A DNA stretch of 64,000 nt, from positions 14,446,001-14,510,000 of the forward strand of contig NC_135906.1 of assembly GCF_964194155.1 (NCBI RefSeq), read 5' to 3'. Positions 63,901 through 64,000 of the stretch are shown piece after piece; positions within the stretch are counted from its first letter, which is position 1; each line of letters begins with the position of its first letter. A model generated the notes under the pieces. It had not been told where the DNA came from, did not search any database, and saw nothing but the letters and a program-made list of their open reading frames with translations. The DNA is from Cetorhinus maximus. Taxonomy: Eukaryota. Made by a program: the position numbers and the translations under genes.

Positions 63901-64000
63901 TACTACAAATACTCAATAGGGCGGGCAGCGTCTGTGGAGAGGAACAGAGTTAGCATTCATCAAAACTGAAGGAAGATAGAAGGTTAAGAGTTTAATAAGC

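Overview
Eukaryotic, repeat-rich vertebrate DNA; the CR1/L2/Deu-SINE/Penelope-type repeat content points to a cartilaginous fish (shark or ray). The window holds an AKAP95-family (AKAP8/AKAP8L) gene cluster. Gene B (minus strand, CDS 57075 to 29494, 13 coding exons, 1953 nt, 650 aa, two AKAP95-type zinc fingers, acidic tail with an 18-bp coding repeat) is complete and most like AKAP8L. Gene A (minus strand, ATG at 13754, 5 coding exons seen, runs off the left edge) is most like AKAP8. At the right edge a plus-strand CpG-island promoter has a 19-nt first coding exon (MDSWYS/G) and the same intron-1 motif layout as A and B, suggesting a third paralog head-to-head with gene B. Other signals: a paralog-conserved intronic element at the exon-4 acceptor (candidate poison 3' splice site plus hairpin), a near full-length LINE with a tRNA-Thr-like Pol III head and no ORF1 together with an internally deleted SINE-like derivative, locally templated insertions, and two hAT-like non-autonomous elements in nested insertions. 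All calls come from reading the sequence by eye and recalled human protein and repeat sequences; no database search was run, and repeat boundaries are approximate.
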